Source: Chrysemys picta bellii (taxonomy: Eukaryota). Taken from it: a DNA stretch of 64,000 bases. Positions within the stretch are counted from its first letter, which is position 1; the number at the start of each line of letters is the position of its first letter. Positions 21,101 through 32,000 of this stretch are shown here, in pieces. The translations under genes and the position numbers were made by a program. The notes beneath the pieces are model-generated. The model worked only from the letters and a program-made list of their open reading frames with translations, did not search any database and was not told the origin of the DNA. The stretch lies in the NCBI RefSeq assembly GCF_011386835.1, contig NC_088800.1, positions 84,072,001-84,136,000 of the forward strand, given 5' to 3'.

Positions 21101-23870
21101 GCAAAAGCTTATTCAAATAAACTTGCTCTCTAGTATTCAGTCAAGTTCCAAATAGAGAATTAATTTAGACAAACGATTTTGCCTGCTTTTATTCCCTAGA
21201 AACAAGGATTTCCAGGAAGTGACACTGGAAAAGGATGGCACAGTCCTGCTGCAGTTTGCCTTGGCTTATGGATTTCGAAACATACAGAACTTAGTGCAAA
21301 AACTGAAACGAGGAAAATCACCGTATCACTATGTTGAAGTCATGGCTTGCCCATCAGGTAAGGCTACACAGGGACTTTCGCTGGTAGGTCAAGGTTTGCT
21401 GTAAGACTTTTTAGGGTTTCTGAAGTTCTGAGAGCTGGATTGAGAGGGACCTAGGCAAATTAGAGGATCGGGCCAAAAGAAACCTGATGAGGTTCAACAA
21501 GGACAAGTGCAAAGCCCTGCACTTAGGACGGAAGAATCCCATTCACTGTTACAGACTAGGGCCCGAATGGCTAGGCAACAGTTCCGCTGAAAAGGACCTA
21601 GGGGTAACAGTGGACAAGAAGCTGGATATGAGTCAACAGGCTAACAGCATTTTGGGCTGTGTAAGTAGGGGCATTGCCAGCAGATCAAGGGATGTGATCA
21701 TTTCCCTCTATTCGACATTGGTGAGGCCTCATCTGGAGAACTGTGTCCAGTTTTGGGCCCCACACTACAAGAAGGATGTGGAAAAATTGGAAAGAGTCCA
21801 GCAGAGAGCAACAAAAATGATTAGGGGGCTGGAGCACATGACTTATGAGGAGAGGCTGAAGGAACTAGATTGTTTAGTCTGCAGAAGAGAAGAATGAGGA
21901 GGGATTTGATAGCTGCTTTCAACTACCTGAAAGGGGGTGTCAGAGAGGATGGATTTAGACTGTTCTCAGTGGTACCAAATGACAGAACAAGGAGTAATGG
22001 TCTCAAGTTGCAGCGGGGGAGGTTTAGGTTGGATATTAGGAAACACTATTTCACTAGGAGGGTGGCGAAGCACTGGAATGGGTTACCTAGGGAGGTGGTG
22101 GAATCTCCTTCCTTAGAGGTTTTTAAGGTCAGGCTTGACAAAGCCCTGGCTGGGATGATTTAGTTGGGAATTGGTCCTGCTTTGAGCAGGGGGTTGGACT
22201 AGATGACCTCCTGAGGTCCCGTCCAACCCTGATATTCTATGATTCTATGAAGCCTTCATGTCTGTTTTGTGTGTCTGAAAGCTAGAGGCCGTGTGTTAGT
22301 GTTTTGTTAAGTCAGGTGTGTTGGTTTTGTTTTTTAAATGTAGTAGTCAACAGTTCTTTAGCAATTACTTTATATTCATGATTGAAACTGCATGTCAAAA
22401 CGGGGTGCAATTCTTAATTAACAATTCAGCTTTTAAAAACCTGCTCACTGCCCTGCCCCTAGCTTTGTAAACCCAAGTGCTTCCAAAGCCATGCAAAAGT
22501 GAAAGTTCTGCTCTTCAGCTAGCTTAGAGACAGGAGGGGCTCCGTTCCAATCAGCTAGAAACAGTTTGACCACTTCTCTCAATCTTTCTCCCTTCAACTC
22601 GGTCAATGATGTTCAGTTACCTTCTCTGCCTTCACAATGCACAACTCCTTCCATTTGGCTGATGGGAGGTAGAGCCATCTTCTCAGCTCAAGAGTTACAC
22701 TATGACCTCGAGAGGACTGCAGGTTGTGAGAAATGGAAGGAGTAACGTGTAGAAAAAATTCTTAGACTTCTTAGAAAGTGTTAAATAGATTCCCTTACCT
22801 TTCTGGTGTAGGGAGTGCTTGTGCCTCTTCTGGTTGGATACGTGGGCCGTTTAATTTAGTCAGCCAGCTAAATTAGGAAAACTCCGTCCCTCTGGGGTAA
22901 ATGAGTCCAAAGCAAACACTGGCTCTGACTAGCCATTCTTCACCCTCTCTGGGCCTCGGTTGCTCCTCTAGGGTCCATATAATCTTCACCTAGTAGCCGT
23001 GTTCCCCAGCACTGAAGAATTGGTTGCATGGTCCAAACTAGGCATTATGCAGCTGACTCTGATAGCTCTGGTTTCAGGCACACTGCTCCCCCCCATTTGC
23101 AATCCCTGGCTTCTTCCCATGACCCCCCCCCCCCCCAGCTGCTTTCTTCAGTCATCCACCACTCTTGCAAACTCCCCTTCCCAGTCCTCTGTTTATGGAG
23201 AGGGCAGGACTTTCCATCTCCGTCCTTCAGTTGAGACTCAAAGGCTATTCCTGCCTTGCTCTAAGCATGGTCCTTTTCCAGGCTGTCTGAAGGAGAGCCA
23301 CAAGTTCCTACTCCCTCTCCAGCTTCTGCTCTCTCCCTGAGGAACAGGAAGTCCTAGTTCCCTGTCCTTTTATCAGCATGCATTGCTGTCCATTCTGAAC
23401 TAGGACTGGCCATGGCTGACCAATAGGCTCCTTTATAGGGCTTGTGGGTCCCACCATGTTACAGTATTTGATTTCATTCCCCACTTATCTGTGTTTTCAT
23501 TGACGAAGTCTTATGTTGCTACTGTCAATTGCAGGTTGAGGTAATTGGTTTGTATTAGTTGCTTTTAATTGCTCTTAAAGTTTTATTAAAGCATTTCCAC
23601 ACCCCCAGTCATGTTCTCTTGTTGCACCTAGGCTGTTTAAATGGAGGTGGTCAGATCAGAGCAGAAGGTGAATCCAGCAAGGATTTGCTTCAGCAAGTTG
23701 AGAAGTTGTATGAATCTGTTCAGACTGAAATTCCAGAGAGGAACCGCACTGTAAAGGAACTGTATGAACAGTGGCTGGGTGGTACAAACTCAGAAAAAGC
23801 TGGAACAACGTTGCACACGGCATACCATGCAGTGGAGAAAATGAACTCTGGCTTTAATATCAAATGGTGA
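8995..23870 (+). CDS. CIAO3: Cytosolic iron-sulfur assembly component 3 (NARFL/IOP1, Fe-only hydrogenase-like), 476 aa; join(8995..9060,11354..11449,12648..12791,13185..13317,13732..13866,14350..14468,15915..16044,16514..16586,19839..19976,21200..21357,23632..23870)
   Basis: Exons sum to 1431 nt = 476 aa + stop. Fe-S ligand motifs [45 protein letters not shown] are all present; ends ...NIKW*. Confidence 0.97.
9170..9480 (+). repeat. Degenerate G-rich tandem repeat (minisatellite-like) in CIAO3 intron 1
   Basis: Recurrent GGGG(A/T)TCCCC, GGGG..TTGCCTAG and ATAATAGGGGATTGGGG units. Confidence 0.75.
11354..11449 (+). CDS. CIAO3: CIAO3 exon 2 (DCVKPIKV...FQINQ)
   Basis: TTTTAG|GAT and CAG|GTCAGA; 96 nt. 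Confidence 0.95.
12174..12511. mobile_element. hAT (Tip100/MER45-like) MITE, CpG-rich
   Basis: TIRs CAGGGCCGCCCAGAGG/CCTCTGGGCGGCCCTG; TSD TTGAAAAA/TTGAAAAC. Confidence 0.9.
12648..12791 (+). CDS. CIAO3: CIAO3 exon 3 ([23 protein letters not shown]...SSNK)
   Basis: TTCTAG|GAT and AAG|GTAGGT; 144 nt. Confidence 0.96.
13185..13317 (+). CDS. CIAO3: CIAO3 exon 4 ([24 protein letters not shown]...FLKNLG)
   Basis: TTTCAG|ACT acceptor; non-canonical donor TAG|GCAAGC; 133 nt. Confidence 0.9.
13732..13866 (+). CDS. CIAO3: CIAO3 exon 5 (VHYVFDTT...MLASACPG)
   Basis: ATCTAG|GT and CAG|GTATAT; 135 nt. Confidence 0.96.
14350..14468 (+). CDS. CIAO3: CIAO3 exon 6 ([10 protein letters not shown]...FAKQQ)
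   Basis: TCGCAG|GT and CAG|GTAAAG; 119 nt. Confidence 0.96.
15222..15413. mobile_element. Tc1/mariner (Tigger-like) MITE
   Basis: TIRs CACCTCTACCCCGATA/TATCGGGGTAGAGGTG flanked by TA; internal ATATAAC repeats. Confidence 0.88.
15915..16044 (+). CDS. CIAO3: CIAO3 exon 7 ([24 protein letters not shown]...VITTG)
   Basis: poly-T GGCAG|CAT and CGG|GTAAGG; 130 nt. Confidence 0.96.
16514..16586 (+). CDS. CIAO3: CIAO3 exon 8 ([10 protein letters not shown]...PLDTM)
   Basis: TTTCAG|GA and CAT|GTAAGA; 73 nt. Confidence 0.94.
17607..17716. mobile_element. Penelope-like element terminal fragment
   Basis: Shares CACGAAAGCTTATGCCCAAATAAATCTGTT..CACCAGAC with 61357-61407; carries the hammerhead motif. 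Confidence 0.7.
17625..17665 (+). ncRNA. Minimal type I hammerhead ribozyme (Penelope-associated, palindromic stem III)
   Basis: GCAU-CUGAAGA-A-GUGAGU/GCCCAC-GAA-AGCU-U-AUGC; predicted cleavage after CUU at 17661. Confidence 0.65.
18953..19136 (-). mobile_element. Tortoise-type tRNA-derived PolIII SINE with CR1 3' tail
   Basis: Reverse complement reads GGGATAGCTCAGTGATTTGAGCATTGGCCTGCTAAACCCAG..GTTCAATCC (A/B boxes), then the CR1 3' end. Confidence 0.9.
19839..19976 (+). CDS. CIAO3: CIAO3 exon 9 ([23 protein letters not shown]...YKPLK)
   Basis: CCCTAG|G and AAA|GTAAGG; 138 nt. Confidence 0.96.
21200..21357 (+). CDS. CIAO3: CIAO3 exon 10 (NKDFQEVTL...[11 protein letters not shown]...MACPSG)
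   Basis: CCCTAG|A and CAG|GTAAGG; 158 nt. Confidence 0.96.
21437..22250 (+). mobile_element. CR1 LINE, 5'-truncated (ORF2 C-terminus + 3' UTR)
   Basis: [55 protein letters not shown]; ends in (ATTCTATG)n. Confidence 0.95.
22807..23463 (-). mobile_element. Possible solo LTR (Gypsy-like)
   Basis: TGTA...TTACA ends and a TATA-like CTATAAAGG on the minus strand; no TSD match. Confidence 0.3.
23632..23870 (+). CDS. CIAO3: CIAO3 exon 11 coding part (CLNGGGQ...GFNIKW*)
   Basis: ACCTAG|GC acceptor, TGA at 23868-23870; AATAAA at 24118-24123 is a candidate poly(A) signal. Confidence 0.96.
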
Positions 23871-26800
23871 AGATGTATAATGCACTTGTATTTCTACAGG
23901 GACTGTAAAGCTGTGAGACCAAGAGGTACACTTACTCAGTGCCCTTTTAAGTCATCTGTCATTTTAAAGTCCTCAAAAGCCAACATGTGCACTGAAATTC
24001 TAGGATACCGTGACTGGAAGAACACACTTGATACATAGAAAATGTCCTGCAACTAAAAGATAATGTGTATACACCCTGGTACTGCTAATGAGTTCCTACA
24101 GCTTCTAAGGCTATTTAAATAAAAACAGATGCTGACTTGGGATGTGAAATATGTCTCATTAAAAGAAGCAGTGTACATTAGCCACCACACCACCTTTATG
24201 GCCCCAGCCCTACATTCCTTTTCACACACCCCCAGTCACACTGGAGTCAATCAATGTATTTAAGGTACACAGAATCCAGGACTGACTTGTGTCAACTGTG
24301 ACACTTGGATGTTTTTGATAAGTCAAAATTTTACCAGTCTTGTACCTGAACAACACATCTGCTATATTTTCACAGCATGAAGTTTTAGGGCTGTGACTCT
24401 TAGGACATCATATTCCAGTTAACTGGCCCCTGGTATTCCATTTCCTGCTCCTGGAGTCTAGCTGTAACATCTTTTCCTGTATTTCAAGTAAGCTGAAGGT
24501 TTCATAGGCATGGATGGGAGCAGCTTACAAGGGAGTGAGTGTTCTGTTTAAAACTTGTATTACCTGCTGAACTCTGACCTGAATGAATGGGCAGAAAAAC
24601 CTGTCACCAGTTTTTTCATGTAAATAGTCTACAGCTGCCTATGTGAATTAGAGGGATTAACAGAACAGCAGAGGCTACCTCATATCTCAGTAGTAGAGTT
24701 CACTAGTGGATGTTACCGGACACTCAGATGAAGCAAGTGATCTTCATACACTATGTTCCACAGAAGGGTTAAATAGGCCCATTTCATTTCTGAATAACAC
24801 ACAGTACTCAGCATAATTGTGCCTCAGTTCTGAATAGGGCCTCTGGCTGCTACTGTAATACAAATACTAAGACCAGAATATTAAGCCTGTGAGGTCAGAG
24901 AAGAATCAAGGGCAGTAACTTACCAGAAGGAATATCACACAAAGCACCAACACATCTTACACAAAACTACTGGTCTACTTGCCTTGGCACACATGGTCTC
25001 TGGTTAGAAATATGTACCTTAAATGTGCTGCTCTTGCTTATGGGCATTCTGAGAACTCCTCATGTTAAACAGGGTAAAGACCTTTTTATTTCATTTGAGC
25101 TCACTGTGAATTTCTAATTTCCTACTAAATTTCTTTACTTAGTATGGTCCAAGAATTCTTCGACCCTCACTTAACAATGGATTAAGGGATACTGTCAGGT
25201 TTGCAAAATTAAAATACTCCCAGGTACTGTACCGGCCATGCTTTGTGGGTTTACAATCACATGTTCCCATATTTAAACATGCTTCTTCCCCACCCTGCTG
25301 GCTGAGACACCCGCAGAGCAAAAGGAAGGTAACTGACTATAAAGAAAGTGCTGTGAAGTGCGCACACTGTAGAAATTCTCTTCCGGTGAATCATTTTACA
25401 TATTACTTTCACCAATAACGTACATGATTTTAAGCTATTGTCCCTTTAAGTCCCACACAAAACACAGCAGACCTTCCTGTCACTTTTTGGTTAAACCCTG
25501 ACCAACAAATTGGTTTCTTAACTACACTCCAATCTAAGCCATAACTTGACAAGTTGTTAGAAATCCTCCTTTGGGGAGTTCAGGCTCTGGGCCTACAAAT
25601 GCTTTATACATCCAAGTAGTCCCATTGAAGTCAATAGCAGTACTCGGGTGCTTAAATGTTAAGCACGCAGATTTGGAGGACAGGTGCTTTACATTTTTTC
25701 TTTTTAAAAGAACAAGTGGTATATGCAATTCAAATGTTGTTCACTGACTGGCTTCGTTAAAGCATTGTATCTTTTGCATGCCTGGGTTCCTGCCTTTCAA
25801 ATAAGATGACAAGCCTAATGCAGAATAATAGGGAAAATTAGGTAGCCGGAGAGAAAGATGCCATTTCACTTATCGTCTAGCAAAGCAGAAGTTGACTGGC
25901 CTTTTGGTGGGACAATGTATAATATTTGAAAATCTCAAACTCCTCCACATTTCAGATCACTGAAGTATTCATGCTGACCTGTTTCTATTTGTTAGTTTTA
26001 GTTCTAAACCGAGCATCAGATCAAACTAGCAACAGATCTACCTCCATCTTGCCAAAAGCAAAGTTGTAAAAGACAACGATTGCCTTTTATACCTGTAAAG
26101 AAAAGTCTTGTTTTCTCTTGCTGCCTCACTTTTTAAAGTAATCCATCAGTAAGATGCACGACTGTCAAAGTTAAAAAAAAAATCAAAGCTTTATTTAAAG
26201 TTGTCGTTACAATCTACTAGCGAGTACACAGTGCTCATCTTGCAAGACTCTCACATTGCTTTTCTCTCCTGTTTTGTAAGTAGGGGACTAGTTTCAGTAA
26301 ATACATTCTCATGCGTAGTTTTACAGATAGGTTTTAATTACAGCAAGACTCATGAATTCTAGTGTTAAATGATGAAATTCTAAGTTTAGTACACAAGTGC
26401 TATAACTTAACTCTGTACTAAAGTGCAAAACACGCAAGTTCTATTTCTATTTGAAATGTGCAATCCTCATTAGGCATATACAAATAAAATGCTAATTAGC
26501 TAGTGCAATGTAAAATTAACCCATTAGTAATCTGCATTTTGTTTTGCTACCCATTTACAAGAGCTATATTCTACACATCAGTAAAACAATCTTCGTTGTA
26601 CATTCAGTGGTTGTTCGCATCAGTGTGACACGTTGGGCAGGTCTACACACAAGTTGTACTGTGCAAAACTAGTAAGGAGACAATTATATCGGTTTATTCT
26701 TAAAAACCCCACACTCCTAGCTCACAGTACATAAAAGAAAAATCAGGTCAACTATAATCCAGTGCTAAGAACTATCAAGTTTAATCAAAGCCGTGTGAAA

Positions 26801-28840
26801 GGTTTTACAATAGACGTTTTAGTGGGCCCAATCTGCCTTCCTTTGTGTTCTCCTTCACCTGTGTGAAGTAGGTGTAAAATCACTGCCATTTTAATGGAGT
26901 AGTGTGTACACCTACTGTTGCACTTTGGTGTGAACAGTAACTCAAGGTAATGGAGAATGAGGCCTGCTATTTAATAGTAAAAGCTATGGAATCATGAAAC
27001 GGAGCAACTTGCTCCCTAGAACTGCTCCATCTAATCCAGGCATCGGCATTTTCACAGCTGTTTACAGAGCTCCTCTAGATTTTCTTTCAAAGGAGACCAC
27101 GCTTAATTCTAAATATTGTAATAAACCGCTCTGGTGCCTTGCAAACTTAAGTACTATACACAGTTTTCAGATTTTAAAAAAGTTGCAGTATTATTTTTAA
27201 CAAACTAAAATTGGAAGGCTGACTTTTTTAAAAAACTGATAATTTTTACTTCTAAAATAATAATAATAATAAAAAAAGGTGATGCAAACACAAGTTCTTC
27301 CAAATTTCTTCCCCTTTCCACTATTTCAAACAGGCATGTGGGAGGGGAAGACTCTTGGATGTTCTGTAGTGGGAGAAAAGCAGCAAAACAGATGCTGCTT
27401 ACTGACCCAAGGCCCCCATGCTGCAGACATGGATGTGAGCAATCCCCTAGTCAATTGCATAGAATTAAATGTACATAAATCTGCACAGGCTTTTAACTGT
27501 GGTTCCTTAATCTGCCTCTGCTGGTACAGGGAGTGCATGTTTTCAAACTAGGAGACTAGGGGAGGTGATCCATCAGGCCTTATGCACAAGCAACTCCCAG
27601 TGAAGTCTTGCTTTGAAGGACCACAAGCCTGGCTCCAATTTAAAGCATTTTGGGGGGTTAATCTGTTCCCATGCTGCGTCCCTAGTAATTGTTTGGCAAA
27701 TCCTATAACATTTTGATTTGGGATTATTCAAAACCAGTTTTTTTTTTAAAATGCTGCTTTTGACTTAAAGATATTCCTAAATATTAAGCAAAAAGACAAT
27801 TCCCCTCCAACCCACTCATTCCAATTACCCTGCGGCTAGTTTCACCTTGCTGTGATTAAGAGTGATACGTTTTTGCCTTATACACTATAATTCTATTACA
27901 TGAAACCTTTCCAACGTGTCAAGGTTGCAGGGGGCCAGTGTCGGCTCCTCGAAAAGATGCACTGCTTTATATACTCTACTGAATATACATGTAGCTGCCA
28001 GATCACACTACAAGGGGCCCATTCACTGCCCGTTTTGATTTTCTGGAGACAATTGTCTTCAGTCGTTAAGGGGAGGTTGGCACAGAAATCCGCACTTTCA
28101 AGTTTCTCAGTTATAGTTTGAGAGAGTCACTGTTGACAAGGACAGCCATGGCTTAGTGCAAAATAAGTGTTTTTTCTAATGCTACATTGGTACACAGAAT
28201 AGTTTCGTTCCATTCAGAGAGCAGCCCCTCCCCCAGTAATTACTAGAAGAATTAAAAATTTTAAGATGTCCCCAAAATATCTTGTTTTGAGGAGCGACAA
28301 AACAGCCTTTTAAGAACAGGAATAGCTCTGGGCCGAACTGTTCCACCTAGAACCCTTACGCTTCCCTTTGCAGCTTTCCCTGTTTTCCAGAAGCCCCCAG
28401 TTTACTTCCAGGTACAAAAACAAACCTGTTTCTTACATCGCCCTTTTCAAGAGGCAGGGCTCAGAGAATCAGCCCATTCTCAGAGGGGTGTAAGAGAGGA
28501 ATTGCTTCGCGTGGTTAACACATACAGCTAGAAGCGAGGGGATCAAAAGGAGTAAAGAAAAACCAAGGCTGAATAACAAGCCCCACTTCCCAGCAGCGAG
28601 GCCCATGCAGTAGGGGAAGCTGCAGTGGCCGAGTCATTTAAAGCCAGACAGGACAAAGCCCTACACATTGTGCTGCGGGGAACGATCCTTGCCCAGCTGG
28701 GAGACAGGCTGGCCTAACAGGCCTCCCCCACGACGACGCTCAGGATACTGCAGTTTGGTAAAAGGCCTGGCCCTCGCCGGGGCCTTGGTTGCGTTTATAT
28801 ATTGGCACAAAATAAACAATCTGACAAACCCGGCTGCATT

Positions 28841-29006
28841 TCACTTCTTCCCCATGAAGGGGCCGAAGAGTCCCCACTCGAACGCCAGCATGGCCTGAGG
28901 GGTCAGCCTCTCTTTGGGCTTCTTGAAGTTATCCTTCTCTGTGCGGAGAGCTCGCAGCACGGCCACCGGAGCCGTCTGGCCAGTGAATTTCTGCACAGCT
29001 TCTTCC
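28841..29006 (-). CDS. HAGHL: HAGHL coding exon 8 (EEAVQKFTG...PFMGKK*)
   Basis: TTGCAG|G acceptor; TGA at 28843-28841. Confidence 0.94.
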
Positions 29007-32000
29007 CTGCAAGTGAAAGCGACACCCATTGTGTGCCCCGTGCGTAGCAGCAAAGGGAAGCGAGAAGACTCAAGGCCAGGTTTGGTTTTCTGGGACACCG
29101 GTGGCCATCTGGAGTCTTGTTTTTAGAGACTCCCTTTGGCTTTACACCAGAGTAACAACAGAATCTGGTTGTAGGCTGTCTCCTCCCACCACTCCTCACC
29201 CTGTGGGGAGCAGGGAGCCAATGGGGAGGGTATCTTCCTCCGTTATATCCCTGTAGAGGGCTGGCTAGGAATGAGTTATTCTGGATGGGGAGCTAGGGGG
29301 AGATGAGACCCCACCCCCACCCCATCACCCACCCGATGCTTCTCGTACTGGCGGGAGGGCAAAATTGCCCTTCCCCTGTGAGTCACCAAGTGAAAGGTCT
29401 GTTGCTGGAAGGCAGGAAAAGCAGTAGCATTCCTAGGCCTGGGGAAAGGGCGCTCCCTTGCTTTGTGTGCTTGGCCCAGTGCGGGACAGGGCAATGCTAC
29501 GGGGCGTCTCCGTTCCCGCGGAGCCCGTTGTCCCCTCAAACTCAACTGGGCCTACGAGCAAGGCCCCTAGTGCCCAGGGGGCTGCGGGAGGCATGGAACT
29601 CTACTCACGAGACCCGCAGGAAGGGGTTGTAGTGGAACTCCTCCTGCAGGGTGGAGGGCACCGTGGGCAAGTCCTCGTCGTCTCGGAGCTGGGGAGAAAC
29701 CACAGACTCGTTCAGCGTATGGAGACCGTCCCCAGCACTGAGCTCACGGAGAATACCAGAGGCAGATGCTTAGAGGCTCCTAGACATTATGGGGACAGGC
29801 ACCTTAAACACACAGACCGATTAGAGGGGCAACAAATCTAGCGTTCGCAGAACTCAATGTTCGTTCCAGCCTCCCCTTCCCACAGGGGCTCTCTGCTTCA
29901 GAAGGGGAAACACCTACTTTTGCCCAAGCGAGTTTCTTTTTCACACTCTCGTTCTCCGGTTCCACTTTCAAAGCAAACTTGAGATTCCTCACGGTGTACT
30001 CGTGCCCACAGAACACTTTCTGCAACGCAAATGAGACAATGCACCTTTACGGCCTGCACATCCCCCGGGCGTGGTACCTCCCCACCCAGGATAGCGACTC
30101 TGGAGCAGCGTCCCAGCGGCAGAGACCCCAGGTGAGCTCCGGGGGACTAGCGTTCCCTCCTGTAGAGGAGCCTGGATGTGGAACTCCCTCAGCGAGAGCC
30201 ACAGACTGCTGGTCTTCAGGGTGCAGCGCAGAGCTCCGCTGCTTGGCCACGCGGCTGCTTGACCTTGGGCGGAGATTCTGGAGGGCTCTTCTCTCTGGTG
30301 GGATGGGTGTCCTACCAGGGGAGGATGCATTTAATGCATGTGGTTTGCCCACTGCAATTAATGCCGGGAGAAGCGGCTGCCTGGGGGAGAGCTCTGGGCC
30401 TGATCCCCATAGTCAGAGTGTCTAGGAATGATTTGGGGGGAGCTCTCCGGCCCGTGTTACGCAGGAGGTCAGACGGGATTATCACCGTGGTCCCTCTGAC
30501 CTTGGAATCTATCACTCATGCTGAGGGGACGGTGGGAAGTAGACGCTGGTGGAGGGTTCTGGGCCCAGTCCTCACACTCATGGAGCTGCTGGGGGCGGGG
30601 GGCAGAAGTAGCTGCCTGAGCGGAGCACACATCTCCCTCAGAGCTCATCCCAGTCTCTTGGGGGAGACCTACCGCCTTGGGTCAGGTCTCCACAGTCACA
30701 GAACAGCTCACCCTTGCAGGGGAGCCTGCGGAGGGGTATGTAGCCCTGGACCAACTGGCTGACAGTGAAAAGGCCAGGTCACCTTGGCCCGGAGAGCTTG
30801 TCCTTTAGGCCTACAAGCCCCAGAAATTGGCCAGAGGTGCCCAAAGCACCGAAGCCACCCAGCTACGATCTCACAACATCAAATCCGCGCTGCGGTCATT
30901 CCAGTCACAGAGTGGCATTTGGCCAACGTGTCAAATTGCAAAAGGCTGGTGGCCAGCCAGAGAAAATCCAGGCAGCGCACGTTGCTCAGGCAGATTGAGA
31001 AGTCCGTTGGCACCAACGCGCTGCGGGCATAAAGCTCTGGCCTGCCTGCTCCGAGACACAGAAAGGGAGATGAAGGGAAATCGGGGAGAGGGCCCATGCA
31101 CGCCCTGAAATAGGCGTGACACTCACAGTGTCCTTCGGCAAAGCACCCAGGATTTCAGTCAGGTTCTTGTACATCTGCTCGGCCGTCCCTTCAAAGAACT
31201 TCCCACAGCCACCAATGAACAAGGTGTCACCTGCGCGGAGAAGCACATCACCTTATTTGGGGGAGGGCAGGGAGGTTCTGCCTGCAGGGCAGGCAGGTGG
31301 CATGTGGCCAGGAGCTGATGCCTGGGGGAAGCCCGCCCTACTGTTGTATCTGTGCCGAGGATGAACAGGACTTTACTCCCCGGGGCTGGCAGTCGGGCAC
31401 TTTTTGCTGGTCTAGCGGGCAGGGCACCTATTCCTACCTCTGCCACAGGCTTCCTCTGTGCTCTTGGGCAAGTCACTTAGGCACATAAATACCTCAGAGG
31501 ATCTGGACCTCTGGGCTACAGTTCCCCATCTGCACAATGCGAATAACAGCTCTGCCCTGCCACCGACCCTGCAGGGTTGGGGGCCAGATAAGGGCCTAGA
31601 CAGATATCACTTTAAAGGAAAACAAATCCCGTCTTGTTCAGGCTTACTCTTAAAATGAGGTAGTCCCATGCAGATCGCGGCGGAATCTAAATGATTCTGG
31701 GTAGAATACTAGTCTAACGATAAGTCCCCCCGTAGCTCATTCAAAGAGATCCCAGAGACTGTGAGACTTTTTAGCTCCTGCTGGCTTCTCAAGAAGGTGC
31801 TGAATACCTGAAAAGAGGGCTGGAGCATCTGGGGAGTTCTCTTCCCACATAAAATAACACATGTGGCCTGATGTATGGCACGGCGTGAACAGGCACCTCA
31901 CGTTAATATCTCCGAACTGCAGAGAAAAAGGGGCAATCCAGGTTGGTAAGACACAGGGGATTTCCATTGTTGGTATTATCACCGCACCTAAGGACCCTAC

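Noticed and set aside
21487-22163. ORFs 21487..21897 and 21870..22163 (also 32253..32951) as host genes
   Set aside because: They are frameshifted CR1 ORF2 fragments
29979-31108. Plus-strand ORFs of 148-194 aa antisense to HAGHL introns
   Set aside because: No homology recognised, no splice or promoter support, GC-rich intron context
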